From an uncultured Candidatus Nemicrothrix sp. (GTDB lineage: Bacteria; Actinomycetota; Acidimicrobiia; Acidimicrobiales; MedAcidi-G1): a stretch of 62,182 bases of DNA. Positions 52,273-60,835 of the stretch are shown piece after piece. The notes beneath the pieces were generated by a model, which had not been told where the DNA came from, searched no databases, and saw only the letters and a list, made by a program, of their open reading frames with translations. Position 1 is the first letter of the stretch. Each line of letters opens with the position of its first letter. The stretch is taken from assembly GCA_964456295.1 (NCBI GenBank), contig CAYWBE010000001.1, positions 1-62,182 of the forward strand. Reading direction: 5' to 3'. The translations under genes and the position numbers were made by a program.

Positions 52273-52989
52273 ATGGGACGACCACTGATCGGGATCACCG
52301 GGCGACGCAAGCGCGGCGACCAGTTGGTGGGCAACCTCGACGTGCTGGCCCACATGCCGGTCGACCTCTACTACGCCGACTACGGCCGCGGGGTGCTGGA
52401 GGCCGGCGGCATCCCGGTCCACCTGCCCCTGGACGTCGACCCCACCGACCTCGTCCCCCGCCTCGACGGCGTGCTGCTGACCGGCGGCGCCGACGTCGAC
52501 CCGGCCCGCTACGGCCACGCCTCGACGACCGATGCCTTCCCCCCGGAGCCGTTCCGCGACGAACACGAATGTGCGGTCCTCGACGCCGCCTACGCCGACC
52601 GCCTCCCGGTGGCCGGCATCTGCCGCGGCCTCCAGGTCGTCAACGTCCACGCCGGCGGCACCCTCCACCAGGACGTCCCCAGCCACTCCGGCTTCGCCGA
52701 GCCGGTGGACACCGAGTGGCACCGGGTCGACTTCACCGCCGGCTCGGTACTGGGCGGGCTGTACGGCGAGGACCGCCCGGTCAACTCGCTCCACCACCAG
52801 ACGGTCGACGAACTGGGCGACGGGCTGGTCGTCACCGCCCGGGCCGAGGACGGCTCCGTCGAGGGGCTCGAGCACGCCGACCTGCCGATGGTGGCCGTCC
52901 AGTGGCACCCCGAGATGCTCCCCGGCCGAGCCGACGATCCGCTGTTCGCCTGGCTGGTGCGCCGGGCCGGCGGGTCAGCCGCCGCCTGA
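52273..52989 (+). CDS. gamma-glutamyl-gamma-aminobutyrate hydrolase family protein (PuuD-like, peptidase C26)
   Basis: The start is taken at ATG 52273 (MGRPLIGITGRR). GGADVDPARYG, GICRGLQVVN, SLHHQ, VQWHPE. Confidence 0.85.
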   Translation: MGRPLIGITGRRKRGDQLVGNLDVLAHMPVDLYYADYGRGVLEAGGIPVHLPLDVDPTDLVPRLDGVLLTGGADVDPARYGHASTTDAFPPEPFRDEHECAVLDAAYADRLPVAGICRGLQVVNVHAGGTLHQDVPSHSGFAEPVDTEWHRVDFTAGSVLGGLYGEDRPVNSLHHQTVDELGDGLVVTARAEDGSVEGLEHADLPMVAVQWHPEMLPGRADDPLFAWLVRRAGGSAAA

Positions 52990-54837
52990 CGTCCCCAGGT
53001 AGGCGGCCCGGACCGCCGGATGGGCCTGGACCTCGTCCGGCGTGCCCGTGGCGATCACCTGGCCGGCGTCCAGGCAGGTCACCCGGTCGCAGATGCCGGT
53101 GATGAAGTTCAGGTCGTGGTCGATGACCACCACCCCGGCGCCCACCAACCCGGCCATTCGCCGAACCTGGTCGACCATGGCCTCCGACTCGGCGTCGCTC
53201 ATCCCCGACGTCGGCTCGTCCAGCAGCAGGAACGACGGGGACATCGCCGCAGCGCGGGCCAGTTCCAGGCGCCGCGACGTCCCGTAGTCGAGCTCGCGGG
53301 CTCGACGGAACCGGACGTCCCACAGCCCGGCGGCCACCAAGAGGCCGTCCACGTCGGGCGGCGGGCGGTGCCGGCGGCTCGACGAGGCCACCAGTGCCGA
53401 CACCTCGACGTTCTCCCGCACGGTCAGCGACCCGAACAGCCGCAGGTTCTGGAAGGTCCGGACCAGGCCGCTGCGGGCGATGCGGTGCGACGGCGCCCCG
53501 GAGAGGTCGGTGCCGCCCAGGGCCACCCGCCCCGAGTCGGCGCCGACCAGGCCGGTGACCACGTTGAGCAGGGTGGTCTTCCCCGCCCCGTTGGGTCCGA
53601 TCACCCCGAGCACCTCATGGCGGCCCACCTCGAGGCCGGCCCCGTCCAACGCCCGAAACCCGCCGAAGGCCACCGTGGCGGCCTCCACCACCAGGACGTC
53701 GTCATCGTCGGGTGACACGACGCCCGGCACCGCGGGCACCGCCGCGTCACGACCCCGCCACCGCTGGAGGCGGGCGTGCAACCAACGGTCCAGGTCCCAG
53801 TCGTCGAGCAGTCCGTCGGGCCGCCAGACCATGAAGCCCAGCATGGCCACGCCGAGGAACACGGTCTTCAGGTTCTCGCGGAAGATCCAGTCCAGCGGGG
53901 CGTCGTCCAGGCCCAGGCCGAACAGCTCGAAGCCGTCCTGGCCCATGCGGCGGGCCAACTCCCGCCCGGCGGTGATGACGGCCACCCCGAGCAGCGCCCC
54001 GGTCACGCTTCGCCGGCCGCCCACGATGAGCATCACCAGGGTGACCAGCGTCAGGTTGAAGAAGAAGTCGCTGGGCAGGATCGAGCCCTTCTCGTACACC
54101 CGGAGGCCGGCGCCCACCGAGACCACCGAGACCGAGACCAGGAGGGCCACCATCTGCTGGACCAGCGGGTTCACCCCCATGGCCCGAGCCGCCAGGTCGT
54201 CCTCCCGGGCCGCCTGGGCCATGCGCCCACCGCGGCTCCGGGCGTAGAGGAGCGCCACCAGGATGGACCCGAGCAGGGCCAGGTAGAGCGGCGTCCGGGA
54301 GTCCAGCGCCCCACCGATCCGGAACGACAGGCCGGCCCGGTCGCCCCCGGTCAGGTCGGGCCAGTTCCGGGCCACCTCGTGGGTCACGAACAGGAGGGCC
54401 AGGGTGATGACCGTGGCCGACACGGCACCTGACTCGGCACCCGATCGGGCCAGGCCGATGCCCACCACGGCACCGACCACCAGCACCACGGCCACGGCGA
54501 CGGCCAGGCCGACCCACGGGCCGAGGTGGACGTCGGTCAGGCCGAAGGGAGCGTCGGAGACCCGCTTGGCCTTCTCGACCGGGTCGATGGCCATCAGAGC
54601 GAAGGCGTAGCCGGCCACTGCACCGAAGCCCATGTGGCCGAACGACAGGATCCCGGTGTTGCCAACGTAGACCTGTAGTCCGAGCACCAGCACGGCGTCG
54701 ATCAGGGCGAAGGTGACCAGCCGCTCCTGGCCGCCCAGGGCACCCTGGTAGAAGAGTCCGGCACCGACGAACAGGCCGAAAAGGACCAGGCCGGCGGCCA
54801 CCGGCACGAATACGTCGCGTCGTAGGTCGGGGAACAT
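52975..54837 (-). CDS. fused branched-chain-type ABC permease (LivM-like) and ATP-binding (LivG-like) protein
   Basis: The start is taken at ATG 54837 (MFPDLRRDVF). The first ~340 aa are multi-TM. They are followed by GPNGAGKTTLLN, YGTSRRLELARAA and LLLDEPTSGM. The track ORF extension to 55575 overlaps livH. Confidence 0.85.
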   Translation of the reverse strand: MFPDLRRDVFVPVAAGLVLFGLFVGAGLFYQGALGGQERLVTFALIDAVLVLGLQVYVGNTGILSFGHMGFGAVAGYAFALMAIDPVEKAKRVSDAPFGLTDVHLGPWVGLAVAVAVVLVVGAVVGIGLARSGAESGAVSATVITLALLFVTHEVARNWPDLTGGDRAGLSFRIGGALDSRTPLYLALLGSILVALLYARSRGGRMAQAAREDDLAARAMGVNPLVQQMVALLVSVSVVSVGAGLRVYEKGSILPSDFFFNLTLVTLVMLIVGGRRSVTGALLGVAVITAGRELARRMGQDGFELFGLGLDDAPLDWIFRENLKTVFLGVAMLGFMVWRPDGLLDDWDLDRWLHARLQRWRGRDAAVPAVPGVVSPDDDDVLVVEAATVAFGGFRALDGAGLEVGRHEVLGVIGPNGAGKTTLLNVVTGLVGADSGRVALGGTDLSGAPSHRIARSGLVRTFQNLRLFGSLTVRENVEVSALVASSSRRHRPPPDVDGLLVAAGLWDVRFRRARELDYGTSRRLELARAAAMSPSFLLLDEPTSGMSDAESEAMVDQVRRMAGLVGAGVVVIDHDLNFITGICDRVTCLDAGQVIATGTPDEVQAHPAVRAAYLGTSGGG

Positions 54838-54863
54838 CGGCGACCTCCTCCTCGCGCTCGGCC

Positions 54864-55751
54864 CTAGACCCGTTCGGCATGGTCGACGGAGACCAGGCCC
54901 TGGGGACGGAAGATGAACAGGAGGGCGATCAGCAGGAAGACCACGCCCTCGGTGAGGCTGGCCACCGAGTCGGGCAGGCGGGAGCGGAGCACCACCTCGG
55001 CCATCCCGAGGGCGAACCCGCCCAGCACCGCCCCGCGCAGGCTGCCCAGCCCGCCGATGAGCGCGGCGAGCACGCCCTTGAGCATGGGGTCGATCCCCGC
55101 GCTGGGGACCGTGCTCCCGGCCCGCATGAGCCAGAACACGCTGGCGATGCCGGCCAGCAGGCCCGACAGGGCGAAGGCCCCCCGGATCACCGAGTCGGAG
55201 CGGATGCCCATGAGGCGGGCCGTGTCGAAGTCGGCCGCCGCGGCCCGCAGCGACAGGCCGAAGGTGGTGCGCTGGAGGACCATCGACGTCCCGACCAGGG
55301 TCAGCAGGGTGACGGCGATGACCACGGTGTCGAAGACCTCGATCCGCAACGACCCCACGGCGTACGTGTTGGTGACCCAGCCCGGCCGGGGGAACGTCTT
55401 CACCGACGCCGAGACGTAGAGCAGGAAGATGGCGAAGACCACGAAGTGGACGCCGAACGAGGTCAGCAGCAGGGTGAACTGGTCGGCCCCCCGGACCCGA
55501 CTGAACGCCACCCGCTCGATGACCAGCGAGGTCAGGACGGCCACCACGAGGATCAGGGGCACGGTCAGGTACCACGACCAGCCGGCGTCCAAAGCCCAGA
55601 ACGTCGCGTAGCCCGACACGGTGATCATCTCGCCGTGGGCGAAGTTGAGCAGGTGCATGACCCCGAACACCACGGCCACGCCGAGGGCCAGCAGGGCGTA
55701 GATGCTGCCCCGACCCAGGCCGTCGACCAGGTTCTGCAGGAGTTCCACCAT
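54864..55751 (-). CDS. livH: branched-chain-type ABC transporter permease (LivH-like)
   Basis: The start is taken at ATG 55751 (MVELLQNLVDGLGRGSIYALLALG), the typical LivH N-terminus. 295 aa and multi-TM. Confidence 0.87.
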   Translation of the reverse strand: MVELLQNLVDGLGRGSIYALLALGVAVVFGVMHLLNFAHGEMITVSGYATFWALDAGWSWYLTVPLILVVAVLTSLVIERVAFSRVRGADQFTLLLTSFGVHFVVFAIFLLYVSASVKTFPRPGWVTNTYAVGSLRIEVFDTVVIAVTLLTLVGTSMVLQRTTFGLSLRAAAADFDTARLMGIRSDSVIRGAFALSGLLAGIASVFWLMRAGSTVPSAGIDPMLKGVLAALIGGLGSLRGAVLGGFALGMAEVVLRSRLPDSVASLTEGVVFLLIALLFIFRPQGLVSVDHAERV

Positions 55752-55786
55752 GGTCGGTTCTCCGGATGTCGGACCCGCGTACGGGG

Positions 55787-56488
55787 TCAGCTCCCCACGA
55801 ACAGGTCGAAGAGGCGTTCGTCGGCCCTCAGGTCGGCGCCGGTTCCCTCGGCCACCACGCCGCCGCTTCGCAGCACGTAGGCCCGATCGGCCACCTCCAG
55901 CATGCGGGTGGCGTTCTGCTCGACCACCAGCAGGGTGCGCCCCTGGGCCCGCAGCGTCTCGACCAGCTCGAAGACCACGTCGACGAGGATCGGCGCCAGG
56001 CCGAGCGAGGGCTCGTCCATCATCAACAACCGGGGTCGGGCCATGAGCGCCCGCCCGATGGCCAGCTGCTGGGCCTCGCCGCCCGACAGGTAGCCGGCCG
56101 CCGTGGTCCACTTGGACCGCAACACCGGGAACAACCCGGCCATCTCGTCGAGCAGGGCGCCCCGCTCGCCGGCCGGGACGGTCACCCCACCGACCCGGAG
56201 GTTCTCCTCCACGGTGAGGTCGGTGAAGATCCGTCGGTGCTCGGGCACCAGGGCCAGCCCGGCCCGGAGGAGGTCCTCCGGCGGCCGACCGGTGACGTCG
56301 TCGCCGTCGAGGGTGACGCTGCCCGACCGCGGCGCCAGCAGGCCGGCGATGGTGTTGAGCAGCGTGGTCTTGCCCGCGCCGTTGGGCCCGATGAGGCCGA
56401 CGACCTCACCGGACCCGACGTGCAGGTCTGCGTCCCGAAGTGCCTGGATCTCACCGTAGGCGGTCGTGAGACCCGACACCTCGAGCAC
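55787..56488 (-). CDS. livF: branched-chain-type ABC transporter ATP-binding protein (LivF-like)
   Basis: 233 aa. GPNGAGKTTLLN, LSGGEAQQLAIGRAL, LLMMDEPSLGL. Confidence 0.9.
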   Translation of the reverse strand: MLEVSGLTTAYGEIQALRDADLHVGSGEVVGLIGPNGAGKTTLLNTIAGLLAPRSGSVTLDGDDVTGRPPEDLLRAGLALVPEHRRIFTDLTVEENLRVGGVTVPAGERGALLDEMAGLFPVLRSKWTTAAGYLSGGEAQQLAIGRALMARPRLLMMDEPSLGLAPILVDVVFELVETLRAQGRTLLVVEQNATRMLEVADRAYVLRSGGVVAEGTGADLRADERLFDLFVGS

Positions 56489-56494
56489 GGGCGG

Positions 56495-58960
56495 TCAGCC
56501 GCCGATGGTGGCGACGAGGGTGTCGGCGCCGTCGACGATGCGGGCGATCGGGACCGCCTTGGGCGGGATGCCGTTGGTGCCCGCGTAGGTGATCTCTCCC
56601 GACAGGCCGGCGAAGCCCGAGATCTGCGCCACGGCCTGGCCGATGCCGGCCGGGTCGTCACAGCCACAGTCCAGGATCCCCTGGATGCCCAGGAACAACG
56701 AGTCCACGTAGAGCGGCATGAACCCGCGGCTCTCCAACGCCTCGCCCTTCGCCGCCTCGTAGCTGGCCAGCAACTGGTCGTTGCGGTCGCCGGCGACGAT
56801 GTTCACGTGCGGCGTGTGGGCGATGCCCTCGTTGTTGGCCTCCACCTGGATGCCCGTGGCGTCCATGGCGTCGGTCCCGATGTAGGTCAGCCCGTCCAGG
56901 CCCTGGCCCTCGAGCTGGCCACGCAACGCCGTGACCTGGAAGGCCAACGCCGCCGAGAACACCACCTCGTCGTTCTGCGAGATCTGCGCGATCTCGTTCA
57001 CCTGCGCCGAGAAGTCGGTGTCAGCCGCCCACACGTACGTCTGGGTCGACACCACCTCGCCACCGCCGGCCTCGAACGCCGCGATGAACGCATCCGGGTT
57101 CACCCCGGTGTAGGGGATCCCCTCGCCCTCGGTGAACACGATCGCCCGCGAGATGCCCTGGTCGAGCGCCCACCGGGCCGCCGCCGAGGACTGCCCATGG
57201 TCGTCGAACGTCACCAGGTACGAGTTGATCGACGCATCGGCCAACGTCGGCTCCGTCGACGCCGCCACGAACATCGGCACCCCGCCACCCGTGGTCTGCA
57301 GGATCGGCAGGGCGAAGTCCGCGAACGGCGGACCGATCAGGAACTGGGCACCCCAGTCCAGCAACTCCTGGGCCGCCAACGCCGCGTCATCGCCGACCTC
57401 GGCGACACGGACCTCCACCGGACGACCATCGATGCCGCCCGTGCAGTTGATCAACTCGGCCACGTACGGCACCAGCTTCGAACCCGGGATGTCCACGAAC
57501 CCCACCACGTCGGAGAAGTCCATCGCCATCCCCACACGGATCGGATCACCCGACGGCGCATCCGCACACGCCGACAGATCCGCCGCGACCACCGCATCCA
57601 CATCCAGACCCGACGGGGAAACCGGAGCAGCGGTCACACCGCCCTCCCAGTCGGTGCCGATGGTGGCGACGAGGGTGTCGGCGCCGTCGACGATGCGGGC
57701 GATCGGGACCGCCTTGGGCGGGATGCCGTTGGTGCCCGCGTAGGTGATCTCTCCCGACAGGCCGGCGAAGCCCGAGATCTGCGCCACGGCCTGGCCGATG
57801 CCGGCCGGGTCGTCACAGCCACAGTCCAGGATCCCCTGGATGCCCAGGAACAACGAGTCCACGTAGAGCGGCATGAACCCGCGGCTCTCCAACGCCTCGC
57901 CCTTCGCCGCCTCGTAGCTGGCCAGCAACTGGTCGTTGCGGTCGCCGGCGACGATGTTCACGTGCGGCGTGTGGGCGATGCCCTCGTTGTTGGCCTCCAC
58001 CTGGATGCCCGTGGCGTCCATGGCGTCGGTCCCGATGTAGGTCAGCCCGTCCAGGCCCTGGCCCTCGAGCTGGCCACGCAACGCCGTGACCTGGAAGGCC
58101 AACGCCGCCGAGAACACCACCTCGTCGTTCTGCGAGATCTGCGCGATCTCGTTCACCTGCGCCGAGAAGTCGGTGTCAGCCGCCCACACGTACGTCTGGG
58201 TCGACACCACCTCGCCACCGCCGGCCTCGAACGCCGCGATGAACGCATCCGGGTTCACCCCGGTGTAGGGGATCCCCTCGCCCTCGGTGAACACGATCGC
58301 CCGCGAGATGCCCTGGTCGAGCGCCCACCGGGCCGCCGCCGAGGACTGCCCATGGTCGTCGAACGTCACCAGGTACGAGTTGATCGACGCATCGGCCAAC
58401 GTCGGCTCCGTCGACGCCGCCACGAACATCGGCACCCCGCCACCCGTGGTCTGCAGGATCGGCAGGGCGAAGTCCGCGAACGGCGGACCGATCAGGAACT
58501 GGGCACCCCAGTCCAGCAACTCCTGGGCCGCCAACGCCGCGTCATCGCCGACCTCGGCGACACGGACCTCCACCGGACGACCATCGATGCCGCCCGTGCA
58601 GTTGATCAACTCGGCCACGTACGGCACCAGCTTCGAACCCGGGATGTCCACGAACCCCACCACGTCGGAGAAGTCCATCGCCATCCCCACACGGATCGGA
58701 TCACCCGACGGCGCATCCGCACACGCCGACAGATCCGCCGCGACCACCGCATCCACATCCAGACCCGACGGGGAAACCGGAGCAGCGGCGTCGGATCCGC
58801 CGTCGTCGGCGGCCGTGGTGGCCGGAGCGGCGGTGGTCGCCGGCGCGGCGGTGGTGGCAGGTGCCGCGTCGGAACCGCCGTCGTCGCTGCCGCAGGCCGA
58901 GGCCACCAGGGCCAGGACCGACAGGACGGAAAAGAGGACAATCGTGGACTTCTTCTTCAT
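56495..58960 (-). CDS. Liv/amide-type ABC substrate-binding lipoprotein with two identical tandem type-I PBP domains
   Basis: 821 aa. Signal plus lipobox MKKKSTIVLFSVLSVLALVASAC, then an (APATTA)x3 linker. A 377-aa block (PVSPSGLDVD...ADTLVATIG) then occurs twice, joined by the linker TDWEGGV. Confidence 0.85.
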   Translation of the reverse strand: MKKKSTIVLFSVLSVLALVASACGSDDGGSDAAPATTAAPATTAAPATTAADDGGSDAAAPVSPSGLDVDAVVAADLSACADAPSGDPIRVGMAMDFSDVVGFVDIPGSKLVPYVAELINCTGGIDGRPVEVRVAEVGDDAALAAQELLDWGAQFLIGPPFADFALPILQTTGGGVPMFVAASTEPTLADASINSYLVTFDDHGQSSAAARWALDQGISRAIVFTEGEGIPYTGVNPDAFIAAFEAGGGEVVSTQTYVWAADTDFSAQVNEIAQISQNDEVVFSAALAFQVTALRGQLEGQGLDGLTYIGTDAMDATGIQVEANNEGIAHTPHVNIVAGDRNDQLLASYEAAKGEALESRGFMPLYVDSLFLGIQGILDCGCDDPAGIGQAVAQISGFAGLSGEITYAGTNGIPPKAVPIARIVDGADTLVATIGTDWEGGVTAAPVSPSGLDVDAVVAADLSACADAPSGDPIRVGMAMDFSDVVGFVDIPGSKLVPYVAELINCTGGIDGRPVEVRVAEVGDDAALAAQELLDWGAQFLIGPPFADFALPILQTTGGGVPMFVAASTEPTLADASINSYLVTFDDHGQSSAAARWALDQGISRAIVFTEGEGIPYTGVNPDAFIAAFEAGGGEVVSTQTYVWAADTDFSAQVNEIAQISQNDEVVFSAALAFQVTALRGQLEGQGLDGLTYIGTDAMDATGIQVEANNEGIAHTPHVNIVAGDRNDQLLASYEAAKGEALESRGFMPLYVDSLFLGIQGILDCGCDDPAGIGQAVAQISGFAGLSGEITYAGTNGIPPKAVPIARIVDGADTLVATIGG
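56501..57633. repeat. tandem direct repeat, copy 1 (1133 bp, identical to 57656-58788)
   Basis: The offset is 1155 nt (385 codons). I checked both boundaries base by base. The internal six-frame ORFs 56931/58086 and 57132/58287 have identical sequences. Confidence 0.97.
57656..58788. repeat. tandem direct repeat, copy 2 (1133 bp)
   Basis: Same evidence as copy 1. The unique 22-nt junction tcacaccgccctcccagtcggt lies at 57634-57655. Confidence 0.97.
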
Positions 58961-59011
58961 TTGGTGACACCCCTCGGGTCGTTTAGCCGGGTTCCCACCC
59001 GGACGATGGAA

Positions 59012-59040
59012 TATTTACATACAAAATCTAAATTTACCAA
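59012..59040 (-). promoter_or_regulatory. sigma-70-like promoter for the liv-type operon: TTGGTA-17 nt-TAAATA
   Basis: Read on the minus strand within the AT-rich stretch 59008-59050. A 5' UTR hairpin (ccgggtgggaacccgg) and a gagggg SD follow before the ATG at 58960. Confidence 0.4.
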
Positions 59041-59063
59041 GACCTGATTCCCCGGCCCAGCCT

Positions 59064-59930
59064 TCACCACTTCGGGGGGCGAATCCCCCGGAACTCCCAG
59101 TCGCCGCCGAGGGCCGTGGACAGGACCTCCTCGGACTCCGTCGGCTGGGCCCCGCAGTCGTCGCGAATGGGCGTCGGCCCGGTGGTGACGGTGTTGGTCA
59201 GCGCGCCCAGGCCCTCGACCTCGACGGTCACCACGTCGCCCGGCTGCACGGGCCGCGAGTTGGCTGGCGTGCCCGAGAAGACCATGTCGCCGGGCAGCAG
59301 GGTGATGGTGCGGGCCAGGTCGGCCACCAGGTAGTGCATGTCCCAGGTCATCTCGTCGGTGGTGCCGTCCTGGGCCACCTCGCCGTTGACCAGCGTCCGG
59401 ATGCCCTTGCCCCGGAAGTCCCAGCCCTCGACCAGGCCGGGCCCCACCGGGCAGAGGGTGTCGGACCCCTTCACCCGGAGCATCGACCCGGCGTCGGTGT
59501 CGCGGAAGTCGTGCAGGCCGTAGTCGTTGCCGATGGAGTAGCCGGCGATGTAGTCGCCCGCCTCGTCGGGGCTGACGTTGCGGCACGGCCGCCCGATGAC
59601 GATGACGATCTCGCCCTCGTAGTTCAGCCACCGGCAGCGTTCCGGGCGGACCACGTCGCCCCGGTGTCCGTTCAGCGACGACGTGGGCTTGTGGAAGTAG
59701 GTCGGGGCGGCGGGCAACGAGACCTGGAATTCCTCGACCCGGCTCACGTGGTTGAGGTGGACGCACAGGATCTTGGACGGCTCGCTGGGCGGGAGGTGGA
59801 TGGCCTCGGCCTCGGCGATCCGCCGCCCGTCGCCAGCCACCAGCTCCTCGCCGTCGACGGCCACCGGGGTGGGAGACCCGTCCAGCAGGATCCGCCTCGT
59901 CTCCCGCGTGAGGCCTGCGTCGGTACCCAT
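59064..59930 (-). CDS. fumarylacetoacetate hydrolase family protein
   Basis: The start is taken at ATG 59930 (MGTDAGL). LNYEGEIVIVIG and GDMVFSGTPAN are FAH-fold motifs. Confidence 0.85.
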   Translation of the reverse strand: MGTDAGLTRETRRILLDGSPTPVAVDGEELVAGDGRRIAEAEAIHLPPSEPSKILCVHLNHVSRVEEFQVSLPAAPTYFHKPTSSLNGHRGDVVRPERCRWLNYEGEIVIVIGRPCRNVSPDEAGDYIAGYSIGNDYGLHDFRDTDAGSMLRVKGSDTLCPVGPGLVEGWDFRGKGIRTLVNGEVAQDGTTDEMTWDMHYLVADLARTITLLPGDMVFSGTPANSRPVQPGDVVTVEVEGLGALTNTVTTGPTPIRDDCGAQPTESEEVLSTALGGDWEFRGIRPPKW

Positions 59931-59994
59931 CACTGCTCCCCGTCGACCGGTCCCGCTTCCCTCCGCGGGTCCCGGCATCTTGGCATGGAAATCG

Positions 59995-60006
59995 TTAGGG
60001 ACCAAA
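59995..60006 (+). promoter_or_regulatory. 12-mer TTAGGGACCAAA 16 nt upstream of the ADC-like gene start
   Basis: Identical to the minus-strand site at 37141-37152. It is followed by tga-TACGCT-ggcttcc-ATG, a leaderless-type -10. Confidence 0.5.
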
Positions 60007-60022
60007 TGATACGCTGGCTTCC

Positions 60023-60835
60023 ATGGCCGACCTCCAGGGCTTCACCTTCCCCCGCACCCCCACCGGCGCCTCCTCGCTGGTCCCCGCCCCGCCGTGGCAC
60101 TACTCGGGCGACATGCTCACCATCGAGTACCGCACCGATCCGGACGCCGTGGCCGAACTGCTGCCCGCCCCGCTCTCCCCCGCCGAGGACGACCCGGGCG
60201 CGGTGGCCGTCATCTGGGCCGACTGGCAGTCCTGCTCCGACGACTTCAACGAGGTGCTCGACCCCGACCGACTCCAGTACAAGGAGTGCTTCGTCGTGGT
60301 CCGCTGCTCCTACGAGGGCGAGACGTACAGCCGCTGCGCCTACATCTGGGTCGACAAGGACTACGCCATGCTCCGCGGCCACGTGCAGGGCTACCCCAAG
60401 AAGTTCGGCGACATCTGGATGACCCGACCCGTCACCGTCGGGAAGGCCGGCCCCCGGCTCGAGCCCGGAGGCCGCTTTGGAGCCACCTGCTCGGCCTACG
60501 GCCGCCGCCTGGTCGAGGCCGAGTTCACCATCACCGGAGACAGCGAGCACACCGGCTTCGTGAACGCCCTGCCCATGCTCCACCACCGCCTGCTCCCGGC
60601 GATCGAGGCCGACGGCACCGACTCGCTCAACGAGTTGGTCACCATGCGGGGTTATGACGCCGAGGTCGGCCCGGCCTACACCGGCGACGTGGACCTCCGG
60701 GTCTTCGAGTCCCCGACCGAGGAACTCCACCGACTCGCCCCCCGCGAGATGATCGCCGGCTACTGGCGCAGCGTCGGCGTGTCGTGGAACGGCGGCACCA
60801 CGCTGGCCGACCTCCGGACGGACCCGGGGTCGTGA
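60023..60835 (+). CDS. acetoacetate decarboxylase (ADC) family protein
   Basis: 270 aa. SSLVPAPPWHYSGDMLTIEYRTDPDAV...YKECFVVV matches the ADC-fold N-terminal pattern (MppR/Sbi00515-like family). Confidence 0.78.
   Translation: MADLQGFTFPRTPTGASSLVPAPPWHYSGDMLTIEYRTDPDAVAELLPAPLSPAEDDPGAVAVIWADWQSCSDDFNEVLDPDRLQYKECFVVVRCSYEGETYSRCAYIWVDKDYAMLRGHVQGYPKKFGDIWMTRPVTVGKAGPRLEPGGRFGATCSAYGRRLVEAEFTITGDSEHTGFVNALPMLHHRLLPAIEADGTDSLNELVTMRGYDAEVGPAYTGDVDLRVFESPTEELHRLAPREMIAGYWRSVGVSWNGGTTLADLRTDPGS

Noticed and set aside
55766-59047. 1093-aa plus-strand ORF, the longest in the window
   Set aside because: It is antisense to livF and the binding-protein gene and is Arg/Gly/Asp/His-rich. Its internal repetition merely mirrors the 1155-nt duplication on the coding (minus) strand.
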